DNA from: Candidatus Poribacteria bacterium
GTDB taxonomy: Bacteria; Poribacteria; WGA-4E; WGA-3G
DNA: 64,000 nt
Assembly (NCBI GenBank): GCA_965204285.1
Contig: OZ241980.1
Span: forward strand, 1,733,811 to 1,797,810
Direction of reading: 5' to 3'
A program made the position numbers and the translations under genes. Positions 28,926 through 38,316 of this stretch are shown in pieces (position 1 is the stretch's first letter; the number at the start of each line of letters is the position of its first letter). The notes beneath the pieces were generated by a model, which was not told where the DNA came from, searched no databases, and was given only the letters and a program-made list of their open reading frames with translations.

Positions 28926-29873
28926 TTACCATTCAAACACGGTGCCAAGCAATCGCATCGGTTCATCACGAAGCCAGCGATATATCTGCGGCACTTCGTT
29001 GAGGTTTACCCTATGCCGTATCAGCGGGGCAATTTTTACTGACCCTTGACGGAGAAAACGACACAGATTTTCCAAATCATCGCGTGTAAAGTGGCTACAG
29101 TGCAGAATGCTAATTTCCTTGAATTGCCCAACGTTGAAAGTATAGTTAACATCAAAACGTCCAGCGACCAAAAGTAAACGTCCGCGGGTTTTACAAGCTT
29201 GGATCATTGGTGTAACCATATCGGGAACACCCGCAAAATCCATGACTGCATCATAACTACCATCTGCAATTTGCGCCTTCCACCCATCGCCACTCGTGTT
29301 GAATACATTTTCAGCGATACCGAGTTGACGCACTTGTTCTAATCGCGATTCATCAATATCACAAACGGTAACGCGTGCGCCCATCGAGTAGGCAATCTGT
29401 GCAGCAAACATGCCGATACATCCCTGCCCCACAATAAGCACCCTTTCACCGATACGCGGATCAACTCGCCTGCAGCAGTGCATCGCTACGCCCGATATGC
29501 CGAAAAGTGCCGCTTCAGCAGGCTGAACGTCATCTGGTAATTTTAGCAGCAATCCGTTTTCCGCAATCTTAAACCGTTCAACATGGTCTACGCTGGCGTA
29601 AATGAGGTCACCTATTTGAAGTTGTGTAACATCAGGTCCCGTCTCAATGACACGCCCAACGTTCTGATAGCCGCCACCACACGGTAAACTTGCATCAGCT
29701 GGTGCATAGTTACCACCGATCAGTTGGTTGCGTTCAGTACCGTTGGTCAATCCAGTAAAGACTGCCTTGCACAGTACCTCATTTCGTTCAGGTGGAGCAG
29801 GTTCTTTCCAATCAGTGACGACAGTCTTTTCCCGTCGTTTATCCGGTAATAGTTTGATGACAATCGCTTTCAC
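28926..29873 (-). CDS. zinc-binding alcohol dehydrogenase (MDR) family protein
   Basis: GxGxxG (VGQGCIGM) and the MDR catalytic-domain pattern. Confidence 0.65.
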   Translation of the reverse strand: MKAIVIKLLPDKRREKTVVTDWKEPAPPERNEVLCKAVFTGLTNGTERNQLIGGNYAPADASLPCGGGYQNVGRVIETGPDVTQLQIGDLIYASVDHVERFKIAENGLLLKLPDDVQPAEAALFGISGVAMHCCRRVDPRIGERVLIVGQGCIGMFAAQIAYSMGARVTVCDIDESRLEQVRQLGIAENVFNTSGDGWKAQIADGSYDAVMDFAGVPDMVTPMIQACKTRGRLLLVAGRFDVNYTFNVGQFKEISILHCSHFTRDDLENLCRFLRQGSVKIAPLIRHRVNLNEVPQIYRWLRDEPMRLLGTVFEW

Positions 29874-30019
29874 AAATTTATGACTCCTACAGAGATAAAT
29901 ATGATGTGTTCCTTACCTAATAAGTTACCCTATCCCTGCTAAATTGTCAAGTAGTTTGAAACGTCAAACAGCGCCATTCAATTCTTCAGTAATTTTAACT
30001 GATCTCAAAGATATCTTTC

Positions 30020-30216
30020 TGTAGGAGCGACCTCCTGGTCGTGCCCCTTCCGAATAAAACCCCAAAAACACTAAACTATAGTGGATTATAGAAATAATTT
30101 TACATTTCCTCTGTAGGAGCGATCTCCGAATCGCGACTTATCTTTGATTCGATGTAGTCGGGAATCGGAGTTCCCTCCTACTGGATAGTGTCTCCTCTTG
30201 TAGGAGCGACCCTGTC
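30020..30216. repeat. cluster of REP-like units (variant unit, A-unit + inverted B-unit, partial unit)
   Basis: Variant unit at 30020-30045. An A-unit at 30112-30137 and an inverted B-unit at 30157-30181 together form a 70-nt hairpin. A partial unit lies at 30199-30216. Confidence 0.8.
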
Positions 30217-30383
30217 TAAAGCGCTGAGAACAATTTGAAGACTGAACAGATATAAATTTCAAAGAATAACCTCAAATTTCAGTTGACAGATTGTCAAACT
30301 TTGCTATAAGATAAAGTTAATAAAGCAACTATAGATTGCCCCGCTATTCAAACCTGTTTTCGGGGCTTACAAGGAGCATCACA

Positions 30384-31262
30384 ATGCCCAAACGGGTTAA
30401 TAAAGCAATTGAATTGTTAGAAGCGGATCAGCCAGTTTTCTACACAGGAAGCCACACAACCTCAGACTTGAATTATGATGCAGGTCGCGAGATGGCAAAA
30501 ACGTGGGCTGATTATATCAACATCGGTATGGAGCACGGTTGTTTTGATCTATCTGGATTAGATAGTTACATGCGAGGGATGGCAGATGGCGGTCCGACAA
30601 ATAGTGGACACAAAACGCCAGCGGTGATTGTTGAGTTGCCAGTAGATGGCGTAAGTGCAGACGTGATTCGCGCCAACGGATGGCAGATGCGGCAACTGCT
30701 GGCACGCGGTGTGCATGGGTTATTACTCTGCCACGCAGAATCACCAGAGGCAGTCAAAGCATTTGTAGAGGTGTGCCGCTACCCATTCCAAACAATCGGG
30801 GTAGGGACACAATTGGATGTTGGCAGACGCGGCTCTGCCGGGCAGGGACCTGCCTCACACATCTGGGGTATTTCCGTTGACCAATACCTTGATACTGCTG
30901 ACCCGTGGCCCCTGAATCCGAACGGTGAACTGCTCCTTGGACTAAAGTTTGAAAATAAGCGAGCATTAGCCAACGTTGAAATGACTGCTCGGGTACCAGG
31001 GATCGCTTTTGCAGAATGGGGTCCGGGTGATATGAGCATGTCGTTTGGCTATAAACATCCGCCAAACCCACGCCCACAGGAATTACAAGATGCAAGAGAT
31101 CGCGTGTTTGCAGCATGCCAATCGGCAGGTCTAAAGTTTTTGGAAAGCGCATCGGCAGATACGATTGAAGCAAGTATTGATGCTGGTGTGAGAATCTGTG
31201 GCTCAGGTGAAGAAACTGCACGTATTGGACGGGCTTATGCAGGCAGAACAATGCCCATCTAA
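30384..31262 (+). CDS. HpcH/HpaI aldolase/citrate-lyase family protein
   Basis: ATG with an AAGGAG RBS (the track ORF starts at TTG 30336). The family pattern is present (...GLLLCHAES...). Confidence 0.6.
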   Translation: MPKRVNKAIELLEADQPVFYTGSHTTSDLNYDAGREMAKTWADYINIGMEHGCFDLSGLDSYMRGMADGGPTNSGHKTPAVIVELPVDGVSADVIRANGWQMRQLLARGVHGLLLCHAESPEAVKAFVEVCRYPFQTIGVGTQLDVGRRGSAGQGPASHIWGISVDQYLDTADPWPLNPNGELLLGLKFENKRALANVEMTARVPGIAFAEWGPGDMSMSFGYKHPPNPRPQELQDARDRVFAACQSAGLKFLESASADTIEASIDAGVRICGSGEETARIGRAYAGRTMPI

Positions 31263-31288
31263 ACAGGGTATTTAGTCCTTCTATATTC

Positions 31289-31385
31289 TGTAAGAGCGAT
31301 CTCCGAATCGCGACTTTCTCCTATGTAGGAGCGATCTCCGAATCGCGACTTTCTCCTATGTAGGAGCGATCTCCGAATCGCGACT
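31289..31385. repeat. three tandem 36-bp REP-like units without spacers
   Basis: gtaggagcgatctccgaatcgcgactttctcctat occurs three times; the first copy is gtaaGag. Confidence 0.85.
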
Positions 31386-31434
31386 CTTTACTTTGAAAAA
31401 AATGGAATCCATTCATAAAAAATTGAGGTAAACT

Positions 31435-32169
31435 ATGGCATTAACAGAACAAGAAATGTTAGCAGAATTACGTAAATACGATACACCGTCAATAACAAAT
31501 GTTGTGGCTACTTATCCGGGGAATCCGCTCTGCCTTGGACTTTACAACCCGTGGACAGAAAATTGGTACACAGATACCACTATCCGATGTATGTATCCTG
31601 AGTTAGGGGCAGTTGTGGGGTATGCGGTGACGTGTGTCTACGGTTTACCCGATCCAAACTATTCCGAACTCTCTTTCATGGATGTGGTTGATGCGTTAGA
31701 TGCATCTGAAAAACCGACAATTTTAGCATTGCAGCAAAAATTTCCACCTGAATTAGCGAATAAAGTGGGGTTAGCAGGCGGCAACATGACAGCTGCAATG
31801 AAGTCCTTGGAATGTTTAGGCGTAATTTCAAACGGTCCTTCACGAGACATTGATGAAATCCGTCCGATGGAATTCCAGTATCTGTTGAGCGGGATTTCAC
31901 CTGGACACGGTGCGATGGCGGTTCAATCTGTCAATGTCCCAGTCTCTATAGCAGGAATGGATGTGTCGCCAGGCGAGATTATCCACATGGATGAAAATGG
32001 CGCATGTAAGTTTCCAGGCGATAAGTTGGAAGCGGTATTGACAAATGTTAAGGCTCTGCTAAAAGAGGAAGGTGACCGAATTGGACATTTGTTATCAGGT
32101 CCAAAAACGGCAAAACAGGTTCGGGCAATTTTCGGGGGGCATTCTTATGCTGAAGATGAGGATGAATAG
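31435..32169 (+). CDS. RraA-like protein (RraA/4-hydroxy-4-methyl-2-oxoglutarate aldolase family)
   Basis: 244 aa matching the RraA/DlpA-like pattern. Confidence 0.55.
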   Translation: MALTEQEMLAELRKYDTPSITNVVATYPGNPLCLGLYNPWTENWYTDTTIRCMYPELGAVVGYAVTCVYGLPDPNYSELSFMDVVDALDASEKPTILALQQKFPPELANKVGLAGGNMTAAMKSLECLGVISNGPSRDIDEIRPMEFQYLLSGISPGHGAMAVQSVNVPVSIAGMDVSPGEIIHMDENGACKFPGDKLEAVLTNVKALLKEEGDRIGHLLSGPKTAKQVRAIFGGHSYAEDEDE

Positions 32170-32234
32170 AACACGGTAAACTCAAAACCATTCAATGCTC
32201 CGAACGTTTTTAACTTCTTTCAAAAGTCTCTTTC

Positions 32235-32260
32235 TGTAGGAGCGACCTCAAGGTCGCGAC
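32235..32260. repeat. REP-like unit variant (TGTAGGAGCGACCTCAAGGTCGCGAC)
   Basis: GCGACC/GGTCGC stem variant. Confidence 0.7.
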
Positions 32261-32368
32261 GCTATCTAAAATATGGAAAAAACCGAAAACTGAATGGTTC
32301 TGACGGTAAGATATATTTACTTTGCCTCAACACACTATTAATTCGTCATGTAATAACAAGGTAAAAAA

Positions 32369-33982
32369 ATGAGAAGTTTCGGAACCCGAGGACGCGTTTA
32401 TCCCGACAAGCACTATGTTGTGCCGCGTACTGAAGAAATTAGGGATTTTATCAATCGCATTAAGGATGGAAGGTACATCGTCCTCTTTGCACCGCGCCAA
32501 ACAGGTAAAACTTCCATTTTCCGATTTTCTATGGAGGCACTCACAAATGAAGATACTGCCTATTTCCCAATCCAACTGAATTTTGAGCCGTACAGAAATC
32601 TCACCGATTCCGATTTTTATAAAGACCTCCACAATAGAATCTGCAAAGAGATTGAAATGGTTTTTCAGAAACGCGGACGTTCTTCTGAGAGTTTAAGTCA
32701 ATTCTTTGAGACTACACAAATAACTAACCACGTTTCAATGATGGAATTCTTTGAGCAATGTGCAAGTTTTCTTAACAATCAACATGAAATTGGACAGAAG
32801 GTCGTTCTCATCATTGACGAATTTGATGGCATTCCACAATCCGTTGTGAGCGATTTTCTTCATTCGCTACGCCATATCTATTTATCTGACGAACTGCAAT
32901 GCCCACACAGTGTTAGCATTGTCGGAGTCAAAAGCATCACGCAACTCAACTACGATTGTTCCGTCTCACCTTTCAATATCCAAGATGAGTTCAACTTACA
33001 AAATTTCAGTTTAGAACAGGTGGGCGAATTACTCTCGCAATATACAGATGAAGTTGGGCAGGCGTTTGACTCAGAAGTCATCGCAACACTCCATAAACAG
33101 ACAGCCGGGCAACCCTTCCTTGTTAACCGATTTGCGCAGATTCTCACAGAGGAATTAAACGTTCCGAAAACAGAAACAATACGGATGGAACACTTTTTAA
33201 CTGCCCATGAACAGATGCTTGAAGAGCAGAATACCAATATCCAGCACCTCCTAACAAATGTTCGTAGAGACCGACGGTTTGAAAAATTACTCATGAGAAT
33301 TACCGCTTATGAAAGAGGACTACCGTTCACCCTTGATAACCAAATCATCAATGAACTTGTTATGTATGGCGTAATTAAAAAAGGCAATGACAGAATGTGT
33401 GAAATCGTCAATCCGATCTATCAACACCGTATCATGCAAGCATTCAAACCGATAGTCAATGGGTTGGAGGAGACGTATTTTCCGGAAGACAGCGATAAAG
33501 ATTTTATTGATTACATTTCACTTGCAGGAGAAATTGAACTGGAAGCACTACTTGACAACTTCAAGGATTTCATTGCCCGCGCTGGATTTCGTATATTGGA
33601 AGTGCCAGAAACGCCACAGGAATATGTTGGACAAAACCTGCTATATGCCTATCTCGATCACTTTATTCGCATTGTCCACGCGGATATGTTTCTTGAAGTG
33701 CAAACTGGACGTGGGAGAATAGACCTTCTCATTATTCACAACACCCGAAAATACATTGTTGAAACCAAAATATGGGAAGGCGAAAAATACTATCAGGCAG
33801 GTAAAAAGCAACTTGTAGCGTACCTAAAATCGGAAAAAGCTGATGAGGGGTACTATGTTGTGTTTGATCATCGGACGAATCCAGAATCACGCGTTGAAAC
33901 AGAAACATTAGACGGAATAACAATTCGGAGTTACATTATTCCTGTTGTGCAAGAAAAACCTTCATCGCTTTCCCTTACCTAA
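32369..33982 (+). CDS. AAA-ATPase-like protein with C-terminal PD-(D/E)xK nuclease-like domain (DUF1703-type architecture)
   Basis: Walker A APRQTGKTS, Walker B VVLIIDEFD, and a C-terminal GRGRIDLLIIHN...IVETKIWEGEKY segment matching the D...E.K pattern. Confidence 0.6.
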   Translation: MRSFGTRGRVYPDKHYVVPRTEEIRDFINRIKDGRYIVLFAPRQTGKTSIFRFSMEALTNEDTAYFPIQLNFEPYRNLTDSDFYKDLHNRICKEIEMVFQKRGRSSESLSQFFETTQITNHVSMMEFFEQCASFLNNQHEIGQKVVLIIDEFDGIPQSVVSDFLHSLRHIYLSDELQCPHSVSIVGVKSITQLNYDCSVSPFNIQDEFNLQNFSLEQVGELLSQYTDEVGQAFDSEVIATLHKQTAGQPFLVNRFAQILTEELNVPKTETIRMEHFLTAHEQMLEEQNTNIQHLLTNVRRDRRFEKLLMRITAYERGLPFTLDNQIINELVMYGVIKKGNDRMCEIVNPIYQHRIMQAFKPIVNGLEETYFPEDSDKDFIDYISLAGEIELEALLDNFKDFIARAGFRILEVPETPQEYVGQNLLYAYLDHFIRIVHADMFLEVQTGRGRIDLLIIHNTRKYIVETKIWEGEKYYQAGKKQLVAYLKSEKADEGYYVVFDHRTNPESRVETETLDGITIRSYIIPVVQEKPSSLSLT

Positions 33983-34084
33983 CTCAAGTTGCTACTTATT
34001 GAAATTAAATCGGTTTCGTTTTTTCTACTTAGGATTTATAGTAAAATCTAAATACCTTTACATTTTCTTAAGGTTAGCTGCGTT

Positions 34085-34215
34085 TGTAGTCGCGCAATTC
34101 ATTGCGCCTCTTCCTGTAGGAGCGACCTCCTGGTCGCGACTTTTAACTGTAGGACGCTTTATAAGCACCGAATGACAATGTAAAGTTATTTGTAAATCTA
34201 CTATAACAATTTGAA
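34085..34215. repeat. ~130-bp mosaic repeat element (copy 1) containing a REP unit and a second palindrome gcgcaattcattgcgc
   Basis: About 85-90% identical to 36905-37035. Confidence 0.8.
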
Positions 34216-34246
34216 ACTTTATTCTCTTGTAATGCCAGAAAAACCT

Positions 34247-35560
34247 TCATCGTTTTCCCGCTTCTGAGGATGTGTGTCGTGCCTGCCATAGCCACCAGAG
34301 TATTGCTGGGATGAGCGGAAGAGCAGTCATTCCCCACAGAACAAGACGGACACCAAATAGATCCAGCATTACCCCGACAGTCGCTGTAGCAACACCACCC
34401 ATTAACGTAAAGAGGGCAAACTCAGTGCCAAAAATACGTCCCCGAATTTCGTTAGGGGCACGTTGGAGCAGCAGTTGTGTTGAAAATACCCAAGCAATGC
34501 CACCACCAACGCTGCGGATGAATCCACCGAGGACCACAGTTGTTAGATTAAAAAGAGGGGCAGCAATAGCAAGTCCAACCGTTCCAATCAGATAACCGAG
34601 ACTGATACTCCGGCGAAGCGGTTTGTCGTTGTCACCGGTCCAATACCGTGCGACAATAGGACCTATACCGCTCCCAACACCCCCCATGCAATACATCAGT
34701 CCTAAACTGATTGCACCATCAATGCCGATAACGAAGTGTGTCTTTGCTATCTCAACCAGTGCGACCTGAAATCCAGAAGACAATAGGAGTGCTATAGCTG
34801 CCTTATGTAACGATATAAAGAGAATATCGGGATGCCGAAGCATGTAACGGAATGTTGTAAACTTTGAACCTTCGCGCACCTCTGTTGTAGAGGTAGAACG
34901 GTGCGGCAGTTTAATCTGTAGCAGGAGTACAGCTGAAACAAAAAAGGTTAATCCATCAATTATAAAGGCGGTGTGAACGCCAAATATTCCTGCTGTAAAT
35001 CCACCAATAGCTGCCCCAAAGGCAAGCATCACAGACCACGTTGTAGCACTCAACGCGTTCGCTGTGCCAAGTTCGCGCTGTGAGGTGACATCCGGTAGGA
35101 TTGCACTGCGGGCAGGACTAAAGAAGCCACTTACACCAAACAGAAGCGTTGTAAGAAGGTAAAGAAGCCAAATATCGTTTGCGTCTTTAACATAGAGAAA
35201 TCCAAGAAGAAGTAGACCTCGGACGATGTCGGTAATGATTAAGATATGTTTTCGGTTGAAGCGATCTGCACATATTCCAGCGAGTGGTGCAACGAAGAAA
35301 GGGGCGAGCATCCGTATAGTAAACAACACCCCTAATGCTAATCCCGATTCAGTTAGATTGTGAATCAGTATCGCAGAAGCAATGATGTTAAACCAATCAC
35401 CTAAGAGACTGACAACTTGTCCTGCCCAAAGCCAACGAAAGTTGGAATTACTTAGCAGAAGTTCAAAGTAACCGACAAGTTTTTCTTTCTTAACAGACTC
35501 ATCTTTAAGGTCAACGACTTTTTCAGACGTTTCCGAGGCAGTGTGTTCTTTGTTAGACAA
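34247..35560 (-). CDS. MFS transporter
   Basis: 437 aa with 12 predicted TM segments and an MFS pattern (...GxLADRFGRK-like: CADRFNRKH). Confidence 0.7.
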   Translation of the reverse strand: MSNKEHTASETSEKVVDLKDESVKKEKLVGYFELLLSNSNFRWLWAGQVVSLLGDWFNIIASAILIHNLTESGLALGVLFTIRMLAPFFVAPLAGICADRFNRKHILIITDIVRGLLLLGFLYVKDANDIWLLYLLTTLLFGVSGFFSPARSAILPDVTSQRELGTANALSATTWSVMLAFGAAIGGFTAGIFGVHTAFIIDGLTFFVSAVLLLQIKLPHRSTSTTEVREGSKFTTFRYMLRHPDILFISLHKAAIALLLSSGFQVALVEIAKTHFVIGIDGAISLGLMYCMGGVGSGIGPIVARYWTGDNDKPLRRSISLGYLIGTVGLAIAAPLFNLTTVVLGGFIRSVGGGIAWVFSTQLLLQRAPNEIRGRIFGTEFALFTLMGGVATATVGVMLDLFGVRLVLWGMTALPLIPAILWWLWQARHTSSEAGKR

Positions 35561-36757
35561 CTATAAACCCCACCGCTCGTTGATCGGTTTCTGATATTCC
35601 TCAATGTCGCCAGATACCACATCTTCGTAGTTGACTGCTTGTCCGCACGCATTGGATTCGTAGATTGCTTCACAAATTGACTTTGCGCGGAGTCCTGCTT
35701 GAGCATCCAATTCGGGTGGACGATTGTTTTCAATGGCATCAACAAAATCGTAGCATTCAAGGACTACACCATCGGTGAAATCGTGTGGAAAAAGTCGGTT
35801 TTTCTCCTCATCAGAAAGACTTGCCATATATTCATCTATCAGGCTTTGCATTGAATGATGAGAACCGTCTTTGAGTATAACTTCTCCGCCTTCAAACGGT
35901 CCGTGGAAGATGTCCCCGTCATCAAGCAGACACCCTTCGCTCCCATAGTAAACGACGTGATTAAACCCGTGACCGACTGCTGCCCATGTGCATGTCCACA
36001 ACCCGATAACACCGTTTTTGAAGTTAATTGTCGCTACCCAAGTGTCCTCTTGTTCATTCTTGACAATCTCACCCGATTTGGTAACTTCAAGATTCTCAAA
36101 TTGACAGACGCGTCCATAAACAGTGGTAGGATCGCCAAATAGAAAACGTAAGGTATCACAATAGTGCGCGCCAGAGTCCATCACCATACCGCCACCACCG
36201 AGTGTTAGGTCAAGTCGCCAATGCCATTCACTTTGTGGATTCGGTTCACGATGACTCGCGTGCTGAGCGTGGAACATGCGCAAATCACCAAGCATCTGTT
36301 TTTCATTCATCAACCACTCTGCTGTGCGGCGACTCGGCATTCGTCGGATATTCTCTGCAGTTGCAGCGATTTTGCCATTCGCTTTTGCAGCGGCAATAAT
36401 CGCATGGGTTGCTTTGACGGTAACACCCATAGGTTTTTCTACCATGACGTTGACACCAGCGTTAAGACATTTAATTGCATTGATATGGTGATGCGCGTGT
36501 GAAGTACAAATATCCGCACCGTCTAAATCTACCGTTGAAAGCATTGTATCCGTATCGTCAAACACAGTAGGCTTTTTACCTGTTACCTCTTTGACTCGTT
36601 CAGCGAAGTTGTCTGCTCTATCCTTAACTTCATCACACATCGCAACGAGTTCCACTTTTCCGGGTTCTGTATTATGAATTGTAAGATACGCATTGAGATG
36701 GCCGTTTGCCATCCCACCACAACCGATAATCGCAATCCGAATTGCCATGAGATTCAC
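35561..36757 (-). CDS. Gfo/Idh/MocA family oxidoreductase
   Basis: IAIIGCGGMANGH Rossmann motif and an EKP motif. Confidence 0.75.
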   Translation of the reverse strand: MNLMAIRIAIIGCGGMANGHLNAYLTIHNTEPGKVELVAMCDEVKDRADNFAERVKEVTGKKPTVFDDTDTMLSTVDLDGADICTSHAHHHINAIKCLNAGVNVMVEKPMGVTVKATHAIIAAAKANGKIAATAENIRRMPSRRTAEWLMNEKQMLGDLRMFHAQHASHREPNPQSEWHWRLDLTLGGGGMVMDSGAHYCDTLRFLFGDPTTVYGRVCQFENLEVTKSGEIVKNEQEDTWVATINFKNGVIGLWTCTWAAVGHGFNHVVYYGSEGCLLDDGDIFHGPFEGGEVILKDGSHHSMQSLIDEYMASLSDEEKNRLFPHDFTDGVVLECYDFVDAIENNRPPELDAQAGLRAKSICEAIYESNACGQAVNYEDVVSGDIEEYQKPINERWGL

Positions 36758-36904
36758 CCTTTTCTAAGTATTATATTTTTCCATGAGACTTTTTGATATA
36801 AGAAACGAAAAGTAGAATACTACAGATACGGATTTTTAGCAATCTGTAAGTTTTAGTGGACAGCGTCAAAATTATAGTTAAAACTAAAAACACCCATACA
36901 CTTT

Positions 36905-37035
36905 TCTTTAATCTGCAGTGTTTGTAGTCGCACAACTCATTGTGCCTCTTCTTGTAGGAGCGACCTCCTGGTCGCGACTTTTGAACTGTAGGACGATTTC
37001 TAAGCACCGAATGGCAGTTAAAGTAAATTGTAAAG
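36905..37035. repeat. ~130-bp mosaic repeat element (copy 2)
   Basis: See 34085-34215. Confidence 0.8.
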
Positions 37036-37239
37036 TCTACTATAACTCTTATGTTGAAGTAGGGTGAGTTGATAAAGGAAGGCATCAAAATGGCAGGAAA
37101 ATAAATTCTAAGTAGGTTTGGGATTGAACGATCTGTCTTAGAGTTTGAAGGGTGATTAGGCATTCAAGATGAGAGGCAATCATTTAGATTACCTCTCACG
37201 CAATTTTACACAGAATAGATTTATTCTATTTTAAGACAA

Positions 37240-37641
37240 CTACGGGAAGTGAATGCCTAACTTGCGGCACATCTTTCGGATTTTGTTAACCGCGCCGCCT
37301 ACCTTCCTGCCGCCCCGCGTGACACCAAAAAGATGTTGACTGACAACCCTGCGAGAGATACCGAGGATACAACCGATTTCCTCCTGTGTTTTCCCTTCAT
37401 AGAAATAGAGTTGAACGCAATCATTTTGGCGGTCAGTGAGTTCTTTGGAGACAATCTGACGAATCTGCTTTAGGACTTTCTGTCGTTTCGCTTGACGGGC
37501 CCTTGTATATTCGTCAGATGGGGACTGATGCCAGAGTAAGTCTTCCGTAGTCAGTTGGTTAAAATACTCCGGTGGTACCGGAACTTCCCAAAAATCGGGA
37601 TTAAATTTGGACATAGATAACGACTCCTCAGAGTGAGGCAC
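37240..37641 (-). CDS. small protein with sigma-70 region-4-like HTH
   Basis: LTDRQNDCVQLYFYEGKTQEEIGCILGISRRVVSQHL. GAGGAG RBS. Confidence 0.5.
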   Translation of the reverse strand: MPHSEESLSMSKFNPDFWEVPVPPEYFNQLTTEDLLWHQSPSDEYTRARQAKRQKVLKQIRQIVSKELTDRQNDCVQLYFYEGKTQEEIGCILGISRRVVSQHLFGVTRGGRKVGGAVNKIRKMCRKLGIHFP

Positions 37642-37973
37642 TGGTACCTATGCCATTTCAAATCAATATTTTGATAATGGGCAGAGGCACCATCGCCTTG
37701 TACGCAATACGTTGAGATTAAGCGTGGTGTGATTCAAATACAACATAATGGTCCCTCCTTATGTAAATGTAAATTTGGAATAGAGTTAGGATGTCAATAA
37801 GACATCAGTGAAATCTCATGCATGTATTCTACATGCAAAGTATACAATAAAACTTAAAAAATCGCAATGATTTTACCTATACACATTTTCGGATGCACTT
37901 TTGCATCGTATTGCGAAATACTTCACTCATTTTTTTATCGTAAAGATTAGAATTAATGCTACATTCCTGAACA

Positions 37974-38035
37974 GTAGGAGAGAACTCCGATTCCCGACTG
38001 TTCCTACAGTTCGGTCGCGATTCGGAGATCGCTCG
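37974..38035. repeat. REP-like inverted pair (B-unit + inverted A-unit)
   Basis: gtaggagagaactccgattcccgac ... gtcgcgattcggagatcgctc. Confidence 0.8.
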
Positions 38036-38316
38036 GACAGAGGAAGTGTAGGATAATTTCTATACTCTACTATAAATTGGGGACAGAGGGTCGAAACCCT
38101 CTGTCCCGGTCAGAAAGTGTGCGACACTTAGTGCCACACCAAAGGGCGTAACACTAAGTGCCACACCTCCTCTGATTTGCTAACATAACAAATACCTCCT
38201 TTTCCGCAATTCAGCGGTAATAGGATACCATTACCATTAAAAATGATAATGATTCACCTATACACATTTTCGGATGCACTTTTTACGTTGTATTGCGAAA
38301 AAAAAGTAAATTTTTC

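Noticed and set aside
31289-31385. Possible CRISPR array (three perfect 36-bp direct repeats, and a similar array at 7304-7422)
   Set aside because: The repeats abut directly with no unique spacers, there are no cas genes, and the unit is the same dispersed intergenic hairpin element found across the window. This is tandem REP-like amplification, not CRISPR.
35452-35760. 102-aa minus-strand ORF spanning the MFS/oxidoreductase junction
   Set aside because: It is out of frame with both flanking well-supported genes and overlaps their ends.
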